Assembly: GCA_963821525.1 (NCBI GenBank)
Contig: CAWGED010000006.1
Location: 42,792 to 106,791 of the forward strand
DNA length: 64,000 nt
Origin: an uncultured Gemmatimonadales bacterium
GTDB taxonomy: Bacteria; Gemmatimonadota; Gemmatimonadetes; Gemmatimonadales; GWC2-71-9
Direction of reading: 5' to 3'
Below, piece after piece: positions 1 through 11,705 of the stretch (the first letter of the stretch is position 1; the number at the start of each line of letters is the position of its first letter). Under the pieces are notes generated by a model. It was not told the origin of the DNA. It saw nothing but the letters and a program-made list of their open reading frames with translations, and made no database searches. Made by a program: the position numbers and the translations under genes.

Positions 1-2330
1 GACGCCGTTTGGGATCACCGACCCGGTCTTCTCGCGCGACATCGCATTCTACGTATTCACGCTGCCCGGCCTGGCGGCGGCGCTCGGGTTCCTGTCCACC
101 CTCACCACCATCTGTCTCCTGCTGCTGGTGCCACTCTACTGGTTGCGCCGCGATCTCGTCCCGGGCCCCGGCCTGCTTCGGGTCGAACCGTCGGCGGGCC
201 TGCACCTCGCCGTCTTGCTGGCGGTGCTGTTCCTCCTCACCAGCCTCAGGCTATGGCTGGTGGACATCCCGAGTCTCCTCTATTCGAATACCGGTCCACT
301 GATCGGTGCCAGCTACACCGATCTGCACGCCCGGCTCCCGGCTCTGCGACTCACGGCAGTTCTGGCACTCCTGGCCGGCGCCGCCATCCTGATTGGTGGG
401 GTGCGGGGGCAGCTGCTCCGCTACGGACTCTTGGGCGTGGGGGGCTACCTGGCGGTGGCCTTCATCGGACGGGGACTCTTTCCATCGGCGATGCAGAAGC
501 TGGTGGTGGCACCGACCGAGCTGACCCGCGAGACGCCCTACCTGCGGTATCACATCGCCGCCACCCGCCAGGCCTGGGGGCTCGACAGTGTGGAGACCCG
601 CGAGCTGAGCGGCGAGGCCGACCTCACGCTGGCCGATCTGCGCACCAATGCGCCGACCATTGAGAACGTGCGGCTGTGGGACCGGGAGCCGCTGCTGCAG
701 ACCTTCGGGCAGCTCCAGGAGATCCGCACTTACTACGATTTCGTCTCGGTGGACGACGACCGGTACTGGATCGACGGGAAATACCGCCAGGTCTTGCTAT
801 CGCCGCGGGAGCTCAACGTCGGGTCGCTTCCGACCCGGACCTTCATCAATGAGCACCTGACGTTCACCCACGGAATGGGGCTCACCCTCGGACCGGTCAA
901 CCAGGTGACGGCTGGCGGCCTCCCCGTGTTGTTCGTCAAGGACCTGCCGCCGGTCTCGACGGGGTCGCTGACCATTACCCGTCCCCAGATCTATTACGGC
1001 GAGCTCGCCAACGAGTTCGTGTTCGTGGCGACCCGGCAACGCGAATTCGACCATCCCTCGGGCGAGGAGAATGTTTACGCCGCGTACGACGGCACCGGTG
1101 GGGTCCGGGTTGGCAACCTCTTACGGCGCCTCTTGCTCGCCGTCCGCTTCGGCTCCTCGAAGATTCTGCTGTCCCAGGACATCACCAACGACAGCCGGGT
1201 GCTCTATTACCGCGACATCATGGATCGGGCGAAGCGGGCGCTGCCCTTCCTTCGGTTTGATCACGACCCCTATCTCGTGATCAGGGCCGACGGGAAGCTG
1301 CAATGGATTCTCGATGCCTACACCGGGTCAGACGGCTACCCGTACGCTCAGCGGCTCGGCGACGGCACCACCTACCTCCGGAACAGCGTCAAGCTTGTCA
1401 TCGACGCGTACAACGGGTCGCTCGCTGCCTATGTGAGTGCCCCGTCTGATCCGCTGATCCGCACCTGGTCCCGGATCTTCCCTGGAATCTTCGCTCCGTT
1501 GGACAGCATGCCGGCCGACCTGCGGGCCCACATCCGCTACCCCGACGACCTCTACCGGATCCAGACCAGCCTCTATACCACCTACCATATGGATGCGCCG
1601 GAGGACTTCTATCACCGGGAGGACCAGTGGCAGATCCCGGTCGTGCCGGAGGCCGACGCAGTCGGTGCCGTTCATGCGACACATCATCATGCGGCTTCCG
1701 GAAGAGGAGAAAGCCGAGTTCATCTACATGGTGCCCTTCACGCCGAGGGGCAAGGACAACCTGGCCGCCTGGATGGTGGCGCGGAATGACGGTGATGAAT
1801 ACGGCAGGCTTCGGGTGTACCGGCTCTCGCGGCAGAGCCTGGCCTACGGCCCGCAACAAGTTGAGAACCTGATCAACCAGAACACCCAGATATCCCAGCA
1901 GGTCTCTCTGTGGGATCAGCGCGGCTCCCAGGTAATCTGGGGCGACCTTCTGGTGATCCCGATCGAGAAGTCGCTGCTTTACGTCCAGCCGCTCTACCTG
2001 CAGGCGGCAGGCGGCCGGATTCCTGAGCTGAAGCGGGTGGTCGTGGCCTATAAGAATCAGGTGGTGATGCAGGAGACCCTGGATGGGGCCCTGACCGAGC
2101 TCTTCGGCGGCTCGACGAGCGCGGCTCGGAGTCAGCCTACCTCGTCCGACACTACCCGAGCGACCGGCGAGTCGGAGCTCCGCGCCATCCTCGCCGAGGC
2201 ATGGCGCCGATATCAGGCTGCGGTCGCGGCGCAACGGGCAGGCGACTGGGCGCGCTACGGCGAGGAAATCCGGCGGGTGGGCGAGTTGCTGGAACGGCTC
2301 GGCGGTGCAGAACAGGGAGGGCCGCGGTAG
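1..2330 (+). CDS. UPF0182 family membrane protein (5'-truncated by window edge; one frameshift near 1650)
   Basis: The frame open from base 2 (TPFGITDPVFSRDIAFYVF) runs through ORF 128-1789 and continues in ORF 1593-2330. It has family motifs NVRLWD, YYDFVSVDDDRY, HLTFTHG, RPQIYYGE, YLRNSVK and LLYVQPLYLQA. Confidence 0.9.
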
Positions 2331-2395
2331 ACGCAGGGAGACGGGAGACGGGAGACGGGACGACCGTGGTCGAACGGTTGATCCGGCGACGAAAC

Positions 2396-2419
2396 GTAGG
2401 GGCGACCTCGTGGTCGCCC
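2396..2419. repeat. GTAG-type REP palindrome; GCAG variants at 4808-4832 and 4853-4877
   Basis: The sequence gtag-gggcgacc-tcgt-ggtcgccc is a tetranucleotide followed by a GC-rich hairpin, and it recurs three times in intergenic DNA. Confidence 0.7.
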
Positions 2420-2624
2420 GGCGGCGGAAACCGTAAACAACGGGAACAGGGAACAGGGAACAGGGTTGAGCGTGGGGAGTGAAGGCGGCACCTCATCCCG
2501 AGCGCAGCGAGGGATCTAGTCTCCGAACCGAGACACCAAGACACGGATTCGTGGCTTCCCCCTCGCTTCGTTTGGGGCCTCGCAATGACAGCGGTTGACC
2601 ATCGACCATCGACCATCGCCGACC

Positions 2625-3179
2625 TCACCCCACCACCGCATCGAAATACCCCTCCAACTCCAGCACCCACGCCGGGTGCCGATCGTCCGGCTGCCATTCC
2701 AGTCGCTCCGCCAGAATCTCCGGTCGCTCATCTCCGGGACGCCAGCGCTCCACCACCCTGGCGTCGATGTCGATAATCCAGTACTCGACGCCTTCGCGCT
2801 GGTAGACTCGGCGCTTGGTGAGACGATCGTACCGTGCGGTGCTGGGGGACAGGATCTCTACTGCGAGAAGGAGACGCTGGATCTCGGACCAGTTCCGGAT
2901 CCTCCGGCCCTCGTTGAACGGCACCACGAACAGGTCGGGCTGCACTAAGGTGCGCGGGTCGAATTCCACGTCGGACGGTGAGAAGAACACTTCTCCGATG
3001 CCCGTCGCACGGACGTACTCCGTGAGGCGGAAATGGAGTTCTCCGAGGGCGCGCTGATGGGGCGTGCGCGGGGAGGGCGTCACCAGCAGCTCCCCGTCCA
3101 CCACCTCGTAGCGCTTCCCGTCGTCTGGCAGCGCTCGCACCCGCTCCGCGGTCCAGTCCGTTGCAGCAGGCATGGACAT
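2625..3179 (-). CDS. Uma2 (DUF820) family putative endonuclease
   Basis: Motifs RYEVVDGELLVTPSP, VQPDLFVV, LAVEILSPSTARYDRLTKRRVY and EYWIID. Start placed at MSMPAATDW. Confidence 0.9.
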   Translation of the reverse strand: MSMPAATDWTAERVRALPDDGKRYEVVDGELLVTPSPRTPHQRALGELHFRLTEYVRATGIGEVFFSPSDVEFDPRTLVQPDLFVVPFNEGRRIRNWSEIQRLLLAVEILSPSTARYDRLTKRRVYQREGVEYWIIDIDARVVERWRPGDERPEILAERLEWQPDDRHPAWVLELEGYFDAVVG

Positions 3180-3307
3180 AACTTGGGCTCCTCGGCGCCG
3201 AGTGGGCAAGATCGCATGGCCGAGGATAGGGACCGGTGGCCGTGCGATCAGACATACATGTCTTCTGGCGGACGAGGCGGGGAAAACGCGGGAACAGAGG
3301 CTCCGCC

Positions 3308-3370
3308 GTTCCCCCTTCCCAATAGGGAAGGGGGACAGGGGGTTAGGAGGAAGGGGACAGGGGGTGAGGC
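3308..3370. repeat. Dispersed palindromic repeat family A (ttccccctt/ccc...gggaagggggacagggggttagg)
   Basis: Near-identical copies in either orientation at about 3308, 6254, 6803, 8218, 31100, 32812, 51958, 52153, 54611 and 57108, all at gene ends or between genes. Confidence 0.8.
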
Positions 3371-3371
3371 C

Positions 3372-3797
3372 TTACCTCACCACCTGCACATACACCGGGT
3401 GGCCCTCGGCCGCTGACTTCGCCACTGCGTCGGTGATTGCCGCCTGCCAGGTCGCGACCGATGCTGAATCAGGAACCAGCAAGGACGTCGCTCCTTCCGC
3501 TCCTACGGCTCCTTCCGCGCAGGTCACCCGAATCTCCATCGGGGTATAGATCCCCAAGGTCAGGAACCCGACCAGCTCGTTCGCGAAGCTGTGTTGGGTC
3601 TCGACTCGGGACACACCCGTGGTGCACTTCGCAGCCGTCTCGACGGTCTTGGGAGGGACCAAGCCGTAAATCCAGCCGGAGGCCCATGTGTTTACGACCG
3701 TGACGTTGGAGGGCTTGGCACCGGTCTCGATGGTTGCGTGGTAACAGCCGGCAACTACGAGAGCGACTGCCAGGAAGACGTAGGATCGCGAGCGCAT
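3372..3797 (-). CDS. Bor/Iss-like lipoprotein
   Basis: Lipobox VAGC after a hydrophobic signal; WIYGLV...C..GVSRVETQHSF....GFLTLGIYTPMEIRVTC matches the Bor family pattern. Confidence 0.75.
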   Translation of the reverse strand: MRSRSYVFLAVALVVAGCYHATIETGAKPSNVTVVNTWASGWIYGLVPPKTVETAAKCTTGVSRVETQHSFANELVGFLTLGIYTPMEIRVTCAEGAVGAEGATSLLVPDSASVATWQAAITDAVAKSAAEGHPVYVQVVR

Positions 3798-4002
3798 ATC
3801 GATTCCTTTCGATAAGGGGTGGGTCATTGGCAGCGTGGAGGGCCGTGGTATGCTAAGGCTCATACCGAGGGATCAAGACCGCGTCAAGTATGGCGAGGGT
3901 GAGGTGGTGGGCGCCGGGGACAAGCGTCGACGAAGCGCAGGGTGCGCCACGAGGGTGACGTCCGCCTCTCCGATGACAGGGAGAGGGGGACAGGGGGTGA
4001 GG

Positions 4003-4748
4003 TCAGTGCTTATGCACCCACACCTCCTCCGCCTCCCAAAAACATGTTCACATGCACCATCCATCCGAACATGCGGGGCAGGAACACGCCGCCGGCGGCA
4101 TCGCATTCCTCCTTCGTGTTGATGCTCCCACGGGGGCCGAAGCGAGAGTCCATCCGGGCAGAACCCATCTCGTCTCCGGCACCTCTCAACTGAGCTTCCA
4201 GGCGGCAGGCAGATGCTGGTGTGCTGGTGCCATTGCGCGATGCTGAGCGGGAGCCGCTCGTCGAGCTGGTCGAGTGAGAGATCGGGCGGAGCGGTATACA
4301 TCGCCCCGATCAGCCGGAGGCTCCCATCGCGCTGCGGCTGATACAACAGCGCACTGGGTCGAGTGACGTCGAACTCCCTTCGAGCACGGACGGCGTTCGA
4401 CCGGTTGCTGTAGTGATAGACGCCCTGCTTCTTGATCCTGGCCGCGAACATGTGGTACCCATCCGCCTCGGCGACTCTGACATCCTCGTAGCGGGCCAGT
4501 GCCTGCCGAGCGACTTCCGAGACGCTATCGGCGCGCTCCCTGTCACCGGGGCGCTCCGGCCAGTGCGGCGTAAGCCTGAGGTGGCGGCCCATATCCATGC
4601 TGTCGCCCATCATCATCTCGTCGCCCTGATCCCCCATCATCATATGGTCGTGCCCGCCCGGGTCTTGGACCGGCGCCTGGGCCGCGATCCGCGTGGCACC
4701 GAACCCCAATAACAATCCCAAATGCCAGGCTACCTTGCCCGCTCGCAT
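4003..4748 (-). CDS. Secreted hypothetical protein (frameshifted near 4170)
   Basis: Signal-peptide-like N-terminus, a Met/His-rich stretch, then LLYQP..GAMYTAP and WHQHTSIC. The C-terminus GGVFLPRMFGWMVHVN is in another frame. Confidence 0.6.
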
Positions 4749-5142
4749 CGTGCGCTCCGATTTGGCTGGTTGGGAGGTAAGACGGGCGAGGGGGGAGGGC
4801 GTTAATCGCAGGGGCGACCCTTGTGGTCGCCCGGCCGATCAGGGATTCATCTGCAGGGGCGACCCTCGTGGTCGCCCGCCCGATCAGGGAAGAAGCGGGG
4901 AACGGGGAACGGGGGCGTGGATCAGTGCCAGGGATGTAAGAGGAAACACCTCATCCCAGAGCGAAGCGACGAGGGACCTAATCTCCCGACCTTGGCGCCA
5001 AGGTCGGAGATTAGGTCCCTCGTCGCTGCTCCCCTCGCAGCTCGGGGCAGGCTCGGGATGAGGTGCCACCGTTCACTCCTGCGCCGTCTCCCGTCTACCC
5101 CCGTTCCCTGTTCCCCGTTCCCTTTTCCCGTTTTCTTACGGC

Positions 5143-6257
5143 ATGCCTCCCGTCCGCCCCCCCATCGAGCCCATGCTCGCCAAGCTCTCCGACGAGCTCC
5201 CCCCCGGCGACGGCTATCTCTTCGAGCCCAAGTGGGACGGCTTTCGCGCGATCGTCTTCCGAGGTTCCCCCTCTCCCGCTAGGAAGAGTTCCCCCTCTTC
5301 CAGAGGACGATCCTCTTCATCCAAAGCCGAGATCTCAAACCCCTCGACCGCTACTTCCCGGAGCTGCACGAGGCGCTGCTGAAGCTGCTGCCGGAAGGTT
5401 GTGTGGTGGACGGGGAGATCGTGATCCCGACCGAGCGGGGACTCGACTTCGAGTTGCTGCAGATGCGGCTCCATCCCGCGGCATCGCGGGTGGCGAAGCT
5501 TTCAAAGGAGATCCCGGCCTCGTTCGTCGCGTTCGACCTGTTGGCGGCCGACGGCGAGAGTCTGATGGAGGAGCCGCAGGCGAAGCGTCGCGCCAGGCTG
5601 GAGAAGTTGCTCAAGAAGGCTAGGCCGCCGCTCTATCTCACTCCGATGACCCGGGACCGCGACACCGCGGCCGAGTGGCTCAAGGTGTTCGAGGGCGCGG
5701 GACTCGACGGCGTCGTGGCGAAGCGGGAGAAGAGCGCCTACCTGCCGGGTAAGCGTGAGATGATCAAGGTGAAGCACGCCCGCACCGCGGAGTGTGTGGT
5801 CGCCGGGTTCCGCTGGTACAAGACCGATCCCAAGGTGGTGGGTTCGCTGCTGCTCGGTCTCTATGATGACGATGGCGTGTTGCAGCACGTCGGGGTGACT
5901 TCTTCCTTCAGCATGGCGGAGCGAAAGAAACTCGCCGCCGAGCTGGAGCCGCTACGGAAGAATGCTCTGAAGGATCATCCGTGGCGGGAATGGGGCGGGG
6001 CGGGGGAAGGCGAGGGAAAGCGGATGCCCGGGGGACAGAGTCGCTGGAGTGCGGGGAAGGATCTCTCCTGGGAACCGCTCCAGATCGAGCGGGTGTGCGA
6101 GGTGAAGTACGATCATCTCCAGGGCAGCCGCTTCCGCCACGCCACGACGTTTCTCCGCTGGCGGCCCGACAAGCCGCCCGAGGATTGTCGCTACGATCAG
6201 CTGGAGGTGGCGAAGGCGTACGCGCTGGAGAAGGTGTTCTCGACGGGTCAAACCTAA
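5143..6257 (+). CDS. ligC: ATP-dependent DNA ligase, LigC type (frame break at a repeat-like insertion 5264-5312)
   Basis: PMLAK, FEPKWDGFRA (adenylated Lys motif), VDGEIV, FVAFDLL, DGVVAK, KVKHARTAECVVAG and RFRH motifs. Confidence 0.9.
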
Positions 6258-6470
6258 CCCCCTGTCCCCGGCCCCCTCGCTGCGCTCGGGGCGACTTCGT
6301 CGCCTATTGGGAAGGGGGGACGCGCGACCGACAGATCCAGCTGTCTTTCCGGCCGAAGGCCGCATCCTTTCACCAAGGCCGCCGTCACCCTGAGCGAAGC
6401 GCAGCGAGCGAGGGGGCGGAGTTCGGGGTGGCGTACGCAAGCCGGGCGTTAGCCGAAATGCTGGCAAGCC

Positions 6471-6687
6471 CTCATTGGCGAAGAGGCCTTCTCGCAGCGA
6501 CACCGGCACTCGCTTCGAAGCCCTCAGTCCACTCATTGTAAGAGGCCTTCGTCGCACGGACACCGGCACTCGCTTCGAAGCCCTCAGTCCACTCATTGCA
6601 AAGAGGCCTTCGTCGCAGCGACCCGACACTCGCTTCGAGCCCTCAGTCCACTCGAATGAGGCCTTCGTCGCACGGACCTCCGCTTCG
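6471..6687. repeat. About 60-bp tandem repeat, roughly 3.5 copies
   Basis: The unit agaggccttcgtcgca..gacaccggcactcgcttcgaagccctcagtccactcattg recurs at about 6482, 6541 and 6602, with a partial copy at about 6658. Confidence 0.85.
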
Positions 6688-6868
6688 CCGAGCTGGTGTC
6701 TTACCCTACCCCTTCGGCCGCCTCGGGCCTGCGGCCCTCAGCGTGACGGCGGCCTTTATGAGAAGGTGCGGCCTTCGGCCGGTTGGGCAGGCGTCTCGGT
6801 CGCGGTTCCCCCTCTCCCGCAAGGGAGAGGGGGACAGGGGGTGAGGTCAGAGGGAGGGGGACAGGGGG

Positions 6869-8184
6869 TTAGGTCGAAGGCTCACGTGTCCACCCCTCCG
6901 GCCACTTTGGCTCCTCGTCCGGATCCAACGCCTCCTGAACCGGCCGCAACTCCTCCGGCACGTGCTGCAGGTTCACCCGGATCCGATACCACGCCGAGGA
7001 GCGGCCCCGCATCTGATCCACCAGCACATCCGCCGGCTCCAGATGCGACGCCGCCTCGGGGTGACGCGCCTTCCAGCGTTCCATCCCCGCCAGCGCGTCT
7101 TCCTTCTTCAGTGCTCGACCAATCTCGATCAAAGGAAACTTCGAGGTCCGCCGCTTCGACGGTTGTACCCGCGGCGGCTCGCCCCGCTGCTTCCTATAAT
7201 GTGGAGGCCACGGAGCGTCGCCCTGTCCCTCGCGCTCCTGTTGGGCCGACAGCTCGAGCAGCCGGTCGAGTGATCCCGCTTCCTTATCTATCCCCGCGTG
7301 CCGGTCGCCCACCTTGGCAAACCGCCCCGGCATCGTCGCCAGGGTAAAGTCGCCCAGCTCGGCGCTGTCCACTTCGTCCCAATCGAGCGGCGCCGACACT
7401 CGCGCGTCGGGAGTCGGCCGCACCGAGTAGGCCGACGCCACGGTGCGGTCCTTGGCGTTCTGGTTGTAGTCCACGAACACTCCCTGCCGCTCCTCCTTCC
7501 ACCACTTGCTGGTCGCGATGCCCGGCGCCCGCCGCTCGACCTCGCGCGCCAGGGCCAGCGCCGAGCGTCGCACCTGATCGAAGCTCCAGCGTTGTTCGAT
7601 GCGGACGATGACATGCATGCCGCGCGAACCCGAGGTCTTGGGCCAGCCGACGAGCCCCATGTCCTTCAGGGTCGCGCGGACCAGGTGAGCGACCTCTCGC
7701 ACCTGGGTCCAGGGAACTCCGGGGACCGGATCGAGGTCTACCCGCAGCTCGTCGGGATGATCGAGATCGTCGGCCCGAACCGGATGGGGATGCAGCTCGA
7801 GACAGGCGAGGTTGGCCATCCAGGCGAGAGTGGCGGCGTCTCGCGGCACCACTTCATCCGCCCGGTTACCCGAGGGAAACTTCAGCGAGACTACTTCGAT
7901 CCACGCCGGTCGTGAGTCGGCGCCCGCTTCTGATAGAAGTGTTCCTCCCCGATGCCATTGGGATAGCGCACCAGCATGTTGGGTCGCCCACCCGCCCCGC
8001 GCAGCGCCCCCTCGGCGACCGCGAGGTAGTAGTTGACCAGGTCGAGCTTGGTGTAGCCGGGGGTGGGGAAGAGGACTTTGCTGGGGTTGGTGATGGAGAC
8101 TTCGTGGCCGGCGACCGTGAGGGATTCGGGGCCGGTCTTGGGCTTTGAGGGGGACTTTTTGTCTGAGGCGGGCTTCCGGGGCAT
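6869..8184 (-). CDS. Stand-alone LigD-type primase-polymerase (Prim-PolC-like), frameshift near 7915
   Basis: ITNPSKVLFP..TKLDLVNYY, RYPNGI..FYQKRAP, ELRVDLDP, KTSGSRGMHV and FVDYNQNAKDRTVASAYSVR. It is convergent with ligC. Confidence 0.88.
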
Positions 8185-8672
8185 AGGATTTCAACCTACC
8201 CCCATCGGCATTCCAGATCTAACCCCCTGTCCCGCAGTCCTGGACCTAACCCCCTGTCCCCCTTCCCTATTGGGAAGGGGGAACGCGTTCTACGCAGTTC
8301 GAGTGAAGCCACACCCGACGAATCGCCGTCATTGCCGAGGATTCCGAGGATGTGCCGAAGCATTTGGATTCCGTCGCTCCGCTCGGAATGACAGCTATCG
8401 CCGACGAGCTCACCGCGGAACTGATCGCAGCGCGTTCCCCCTTCCCAGTAGGGAGATTGCCGGCGGACCGGGGGCTCGCGCGTCGGACAGGGTGCCTCGC
8501 AATGACCCCACCGCGTCTGGATCGAATCTAGACCCAAAATAGTCCTTGCCTACACCGCGTCAGCCTCCAAAAGTTGCCAGTCACCGCGCCTCGTAAGGCG
8601 TCCAAACTCGCTACTAGAGAATCCCGGGTTGCTGCGGACTCATCGCGGTCGTAACCCGGATAAGAGCCGATC

Positions 8673-10227
8673 ATGGCTCATTCCGATCAGGAACTATTCG
8701 ACATCGCCCGCCGCGCCGCGAAAGCGTTCGCCCACCTGCCCAACGTGCACTCCGTCGGGATCGGTGGACGGGAGCGCGCGGGTAAGCCCACCGGAGAAGT
8801 CGTCCTCAAGGTATTCGTTCGCCAGAAGCTCCCTGGCGATCGGCTCGATCCCGCCGCCGTCATCCCCGCGTCCTTCGAAGGAATCCCGACCGATGTAATC
8901 CCGGCCGGCGATCCCAAACGTCTCGCCCTGGTTTCGGGGGTCGAACCCAAGACTCAAGCCGAGTTCGATGCGGGTTTAGATGAGAGCCGGGAGCGGCCCC
9001 TCATGGGTGGCACCGAGATCGAGCCGGACGATGAGTCCGGCTTCGGGACTCTGGGCCTCATCGTCGAGGCATTAGAGGACAATCGCATGGTGTTCGCGGT
9101 GACCGCCTACCATGTGGTGTTCAACACCCCGCTCCAGGAACGTCCCGCCGAAGTCGGCCAGCCCACCCCCAGCCATAGCTGCACCGCCTGTTGCCGTGGC
9201 GTCATCGGAAAGTTCTTCGGAGGCTATCACTCGGGGATCGTGGAGCCTCCGCCCGGTCCGAAGAAGCTCGACTACGCTCTGATCCGCCTCGATTCGGGGC
9301 TCGAGTGGCTGAACGAGATCAAGGAGATCGGGGTTCTCTTCGATTTCTACGAGCTCAAGGTGAGTGACGTCGTGCCGCTCACTTATCAGGTGCGAAAACG
9401 GGGATGCATCACCCACCTGACCGGCGGCATTGTCCAGGCGATCGGCGTCGCCCGGCCCAGCAGAACCGGTGATCCCGCCTGGAGCCACCGCTGACGAAAT
9501 CGATTCCCTCATGTCCGAACTCTTCAACGAGGAGTCGATCGCGATTCGGCCCAACCCTATCGCTGCCAATCCCGCCGCACCAGTCATCTTCGCGACCCAC
9601 GGAGATTCGGGATCCGCCCTGGTCAATGATGACAATAAGGTCGTAGGACTGCTCTGGGGCGGACATCCAGAAGGACACACCGCGCCCACGGACCGCTTCG
9701 GCTACGGCTGGGGCGTGCCGATCACGTGGATAACAGACGACTGCAAGCAGCGGCTCGGCCTGACCATGCGAATTGTGCCGACCGCCGGCACCGGCATCGT
9801 CAACACGGTGCCTGAATTCGCCGAGGCAGGTTCCACCCTCCGCGCCGAGACCAGCCTGGAGCGGGATCTGGATCAGAGCGAGCGCGGCCGGTTGTTCCTG
9901 CAAGCCTGGCTCCGCCACTCGGACGAATTGAACGCAATCATCCAGAGCCAGCGTCGCGTCGCCACCGTCTGGCAGCGACACAACGGCTCGGCGCTGCTGC
10001 GGCTGGTGGCCCGCGCCCCGTTAGAGCCCAACCTGCCGTTGCCGACCGAAGTAGACGGACTCCCGGTACGCGAAGGACTCCAGGTCTTTCTCGATCAGAT
10101 CGAGCGCTATGCGAGTGATGAGCTCAAGCGGGATCTGAGCCGGCACCGCTCCCTGCTGCTCTCCTTGCCCGGTCACAGCTACACCGAAGTTCTGAGTCAT
10201 TTGCATGGTGGAGACATTCTGCAATGA
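8673..10227 (+). CDS. Trypsin-like (S1, Nal1-like) serine protease 1 with N-terminal prodomain-like module and C-terminal helical domain (frameshift near 9450)
   Basis: Triad motifs VTAYHVV, DYALIRL and GDSGSALV across ORFs 8673-9494 and 9430-10227. No signal peptide is visible. Confidence 0.8.
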
Positions 10228-11680
10228 AGCGGGCCGATGCCGAGTACCGGGACCTGGTGAAGCGAGCAGCGGCGCGATTGGGGAAGCTGCCGGGGGTTCA
10301 CAACATCGGCATCGGGGGGCGGGAGAGAGCAGGGCAGCCGACCGGCCAGCTGGTCCTCAAGGTCTATCTCGAGAAGAAGCGAAGGCCGGAGGAGATCAAT
10401 CCTTCGGAGATGATCCCGAAGGAGATTGAAGGCCTGCCGACCGATGTGGTGGAGACCGGACCGTTCCGCTTGAGCGCCGCTCAGGGCGTACCTCCCTTCC
10501 CGGAACAGGACGCATACAAGCAGGGGGACTTCGGTCGCAAGCGTCCCATCAAGGGTGGGACCCAGCTCGGTGCCGAAGGGAGGACCGGCGATGCCGGGTA
10601 CTCTGGGATTCATGGCCCGCGTCACCGGCGACCCCAAGCGGATCATGGCGGTGACCTGCTTCCATGCGGTCTACCCTACCGGGGTCTTCGAGCTGAATCG
10701 AAAGTGCGGTCAGCCCAATCCTGAGGAGAGTTCTACCAAGTGCTGCGACAATAAGATCGGTCTCTGTGTGGCCGGCCACTACGACGCTCAGCTCGATGGG
10801 GCGCTGGTCCGGGTGGACGGAGGCCAGGAATGGGTGGCGGAGATCCATCAGATCGGTTTCATCAAGGGTCCCCACACCATTACAGCGGACGAGGCGGCCA
10901 GCCTGACCTTCGAGGTGCGCAAGCGGGGCCGGACCTTGCGGCTGACGGGAGGAACGGTGCAGAGCATCGTCGGCAACGGCACGATGAACGATCCGAATAT
11001 GCCGGCCCGGCCCTTCACCAACGGCATTATCGTCAAGCCCAATCCATCGGACGTCAGCACGAATCCCTGGTTCCAGCAGGAAGGAGACTCCGGTGCAGCA
11101 CTGGTGAATGACAACAATGAAGTGACCGGAATGCTGTTCGGCCGCAACGCTCAGGGCTGGGGAATGGCGGAGCCGATCCAGGACATCATCGACAAGTTCC
11201 GCACTGACGACGGGATCACCCTGGAGGTGGCCACCGCGACCAAACTGGGGCAGGTCCAGACCGTGCCCGCGGCCGCAGCCGACGACGCCGGGTCGGGACT
11301 CGAGATTCCTCCCGCTCTGCGCCGGCTGCAGCGCGATCTCGATCGGACCGACGAAGGGCGCGAGCTCATCTCCATCTGGCTGGAGCACTCGCGCGAGTTG
11401 AACCATCTGGTCCATCACGAACCCCGAGTTGCGGCGACCTGGCGACGCGCCGACGGACCTGGATTGTTTCGCCTGGTCATCAACCTGGTGGATGCGCCGG
11501 ATCGTCCGATGCCTCGGGAAATTCGCGGGGTGCCGGCCGAGCACGTGCTCGATGAGTTCCTGCGCGAGGTAGAGCGTTACGCCAGTCCGGAGTTACGGCA
11601 GGATTTGCGGCGGCATCGCCCGCTTCTGACCATGCCTGCCAGGTCGATCCTACGACGATCTCATGAATCAATTGCACTAG
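10224..11680 (+). CDS. Trypsin-like serine protease 2, paralog of the preceding gene (frameshifts near 10575 and 11640)
   Basis: ATGA overlap with the previous stop. Motifs VTCFHAV, DGALVRV and GDSGAALV. The corrected end PGRSYDDLMNQLH* parallels PGHSYTEVLSHLH of paralog 1. Confidence 0.8.
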
Positions 11681-11705
11681 AGGGGCAGGAGACGGGAACG
11701 CAGTC

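Noticed and set aside
6471..6687. CRISPR array
   Set aside because: The units repeat along their whole length with no unique spacers, and no cas genes are in the window.
5952..7347. ORFs 5952-6629 (-) and 6475-7347 (+)
   Set aside because: They run through repeats and antisense to real genes and show no protein motifs.
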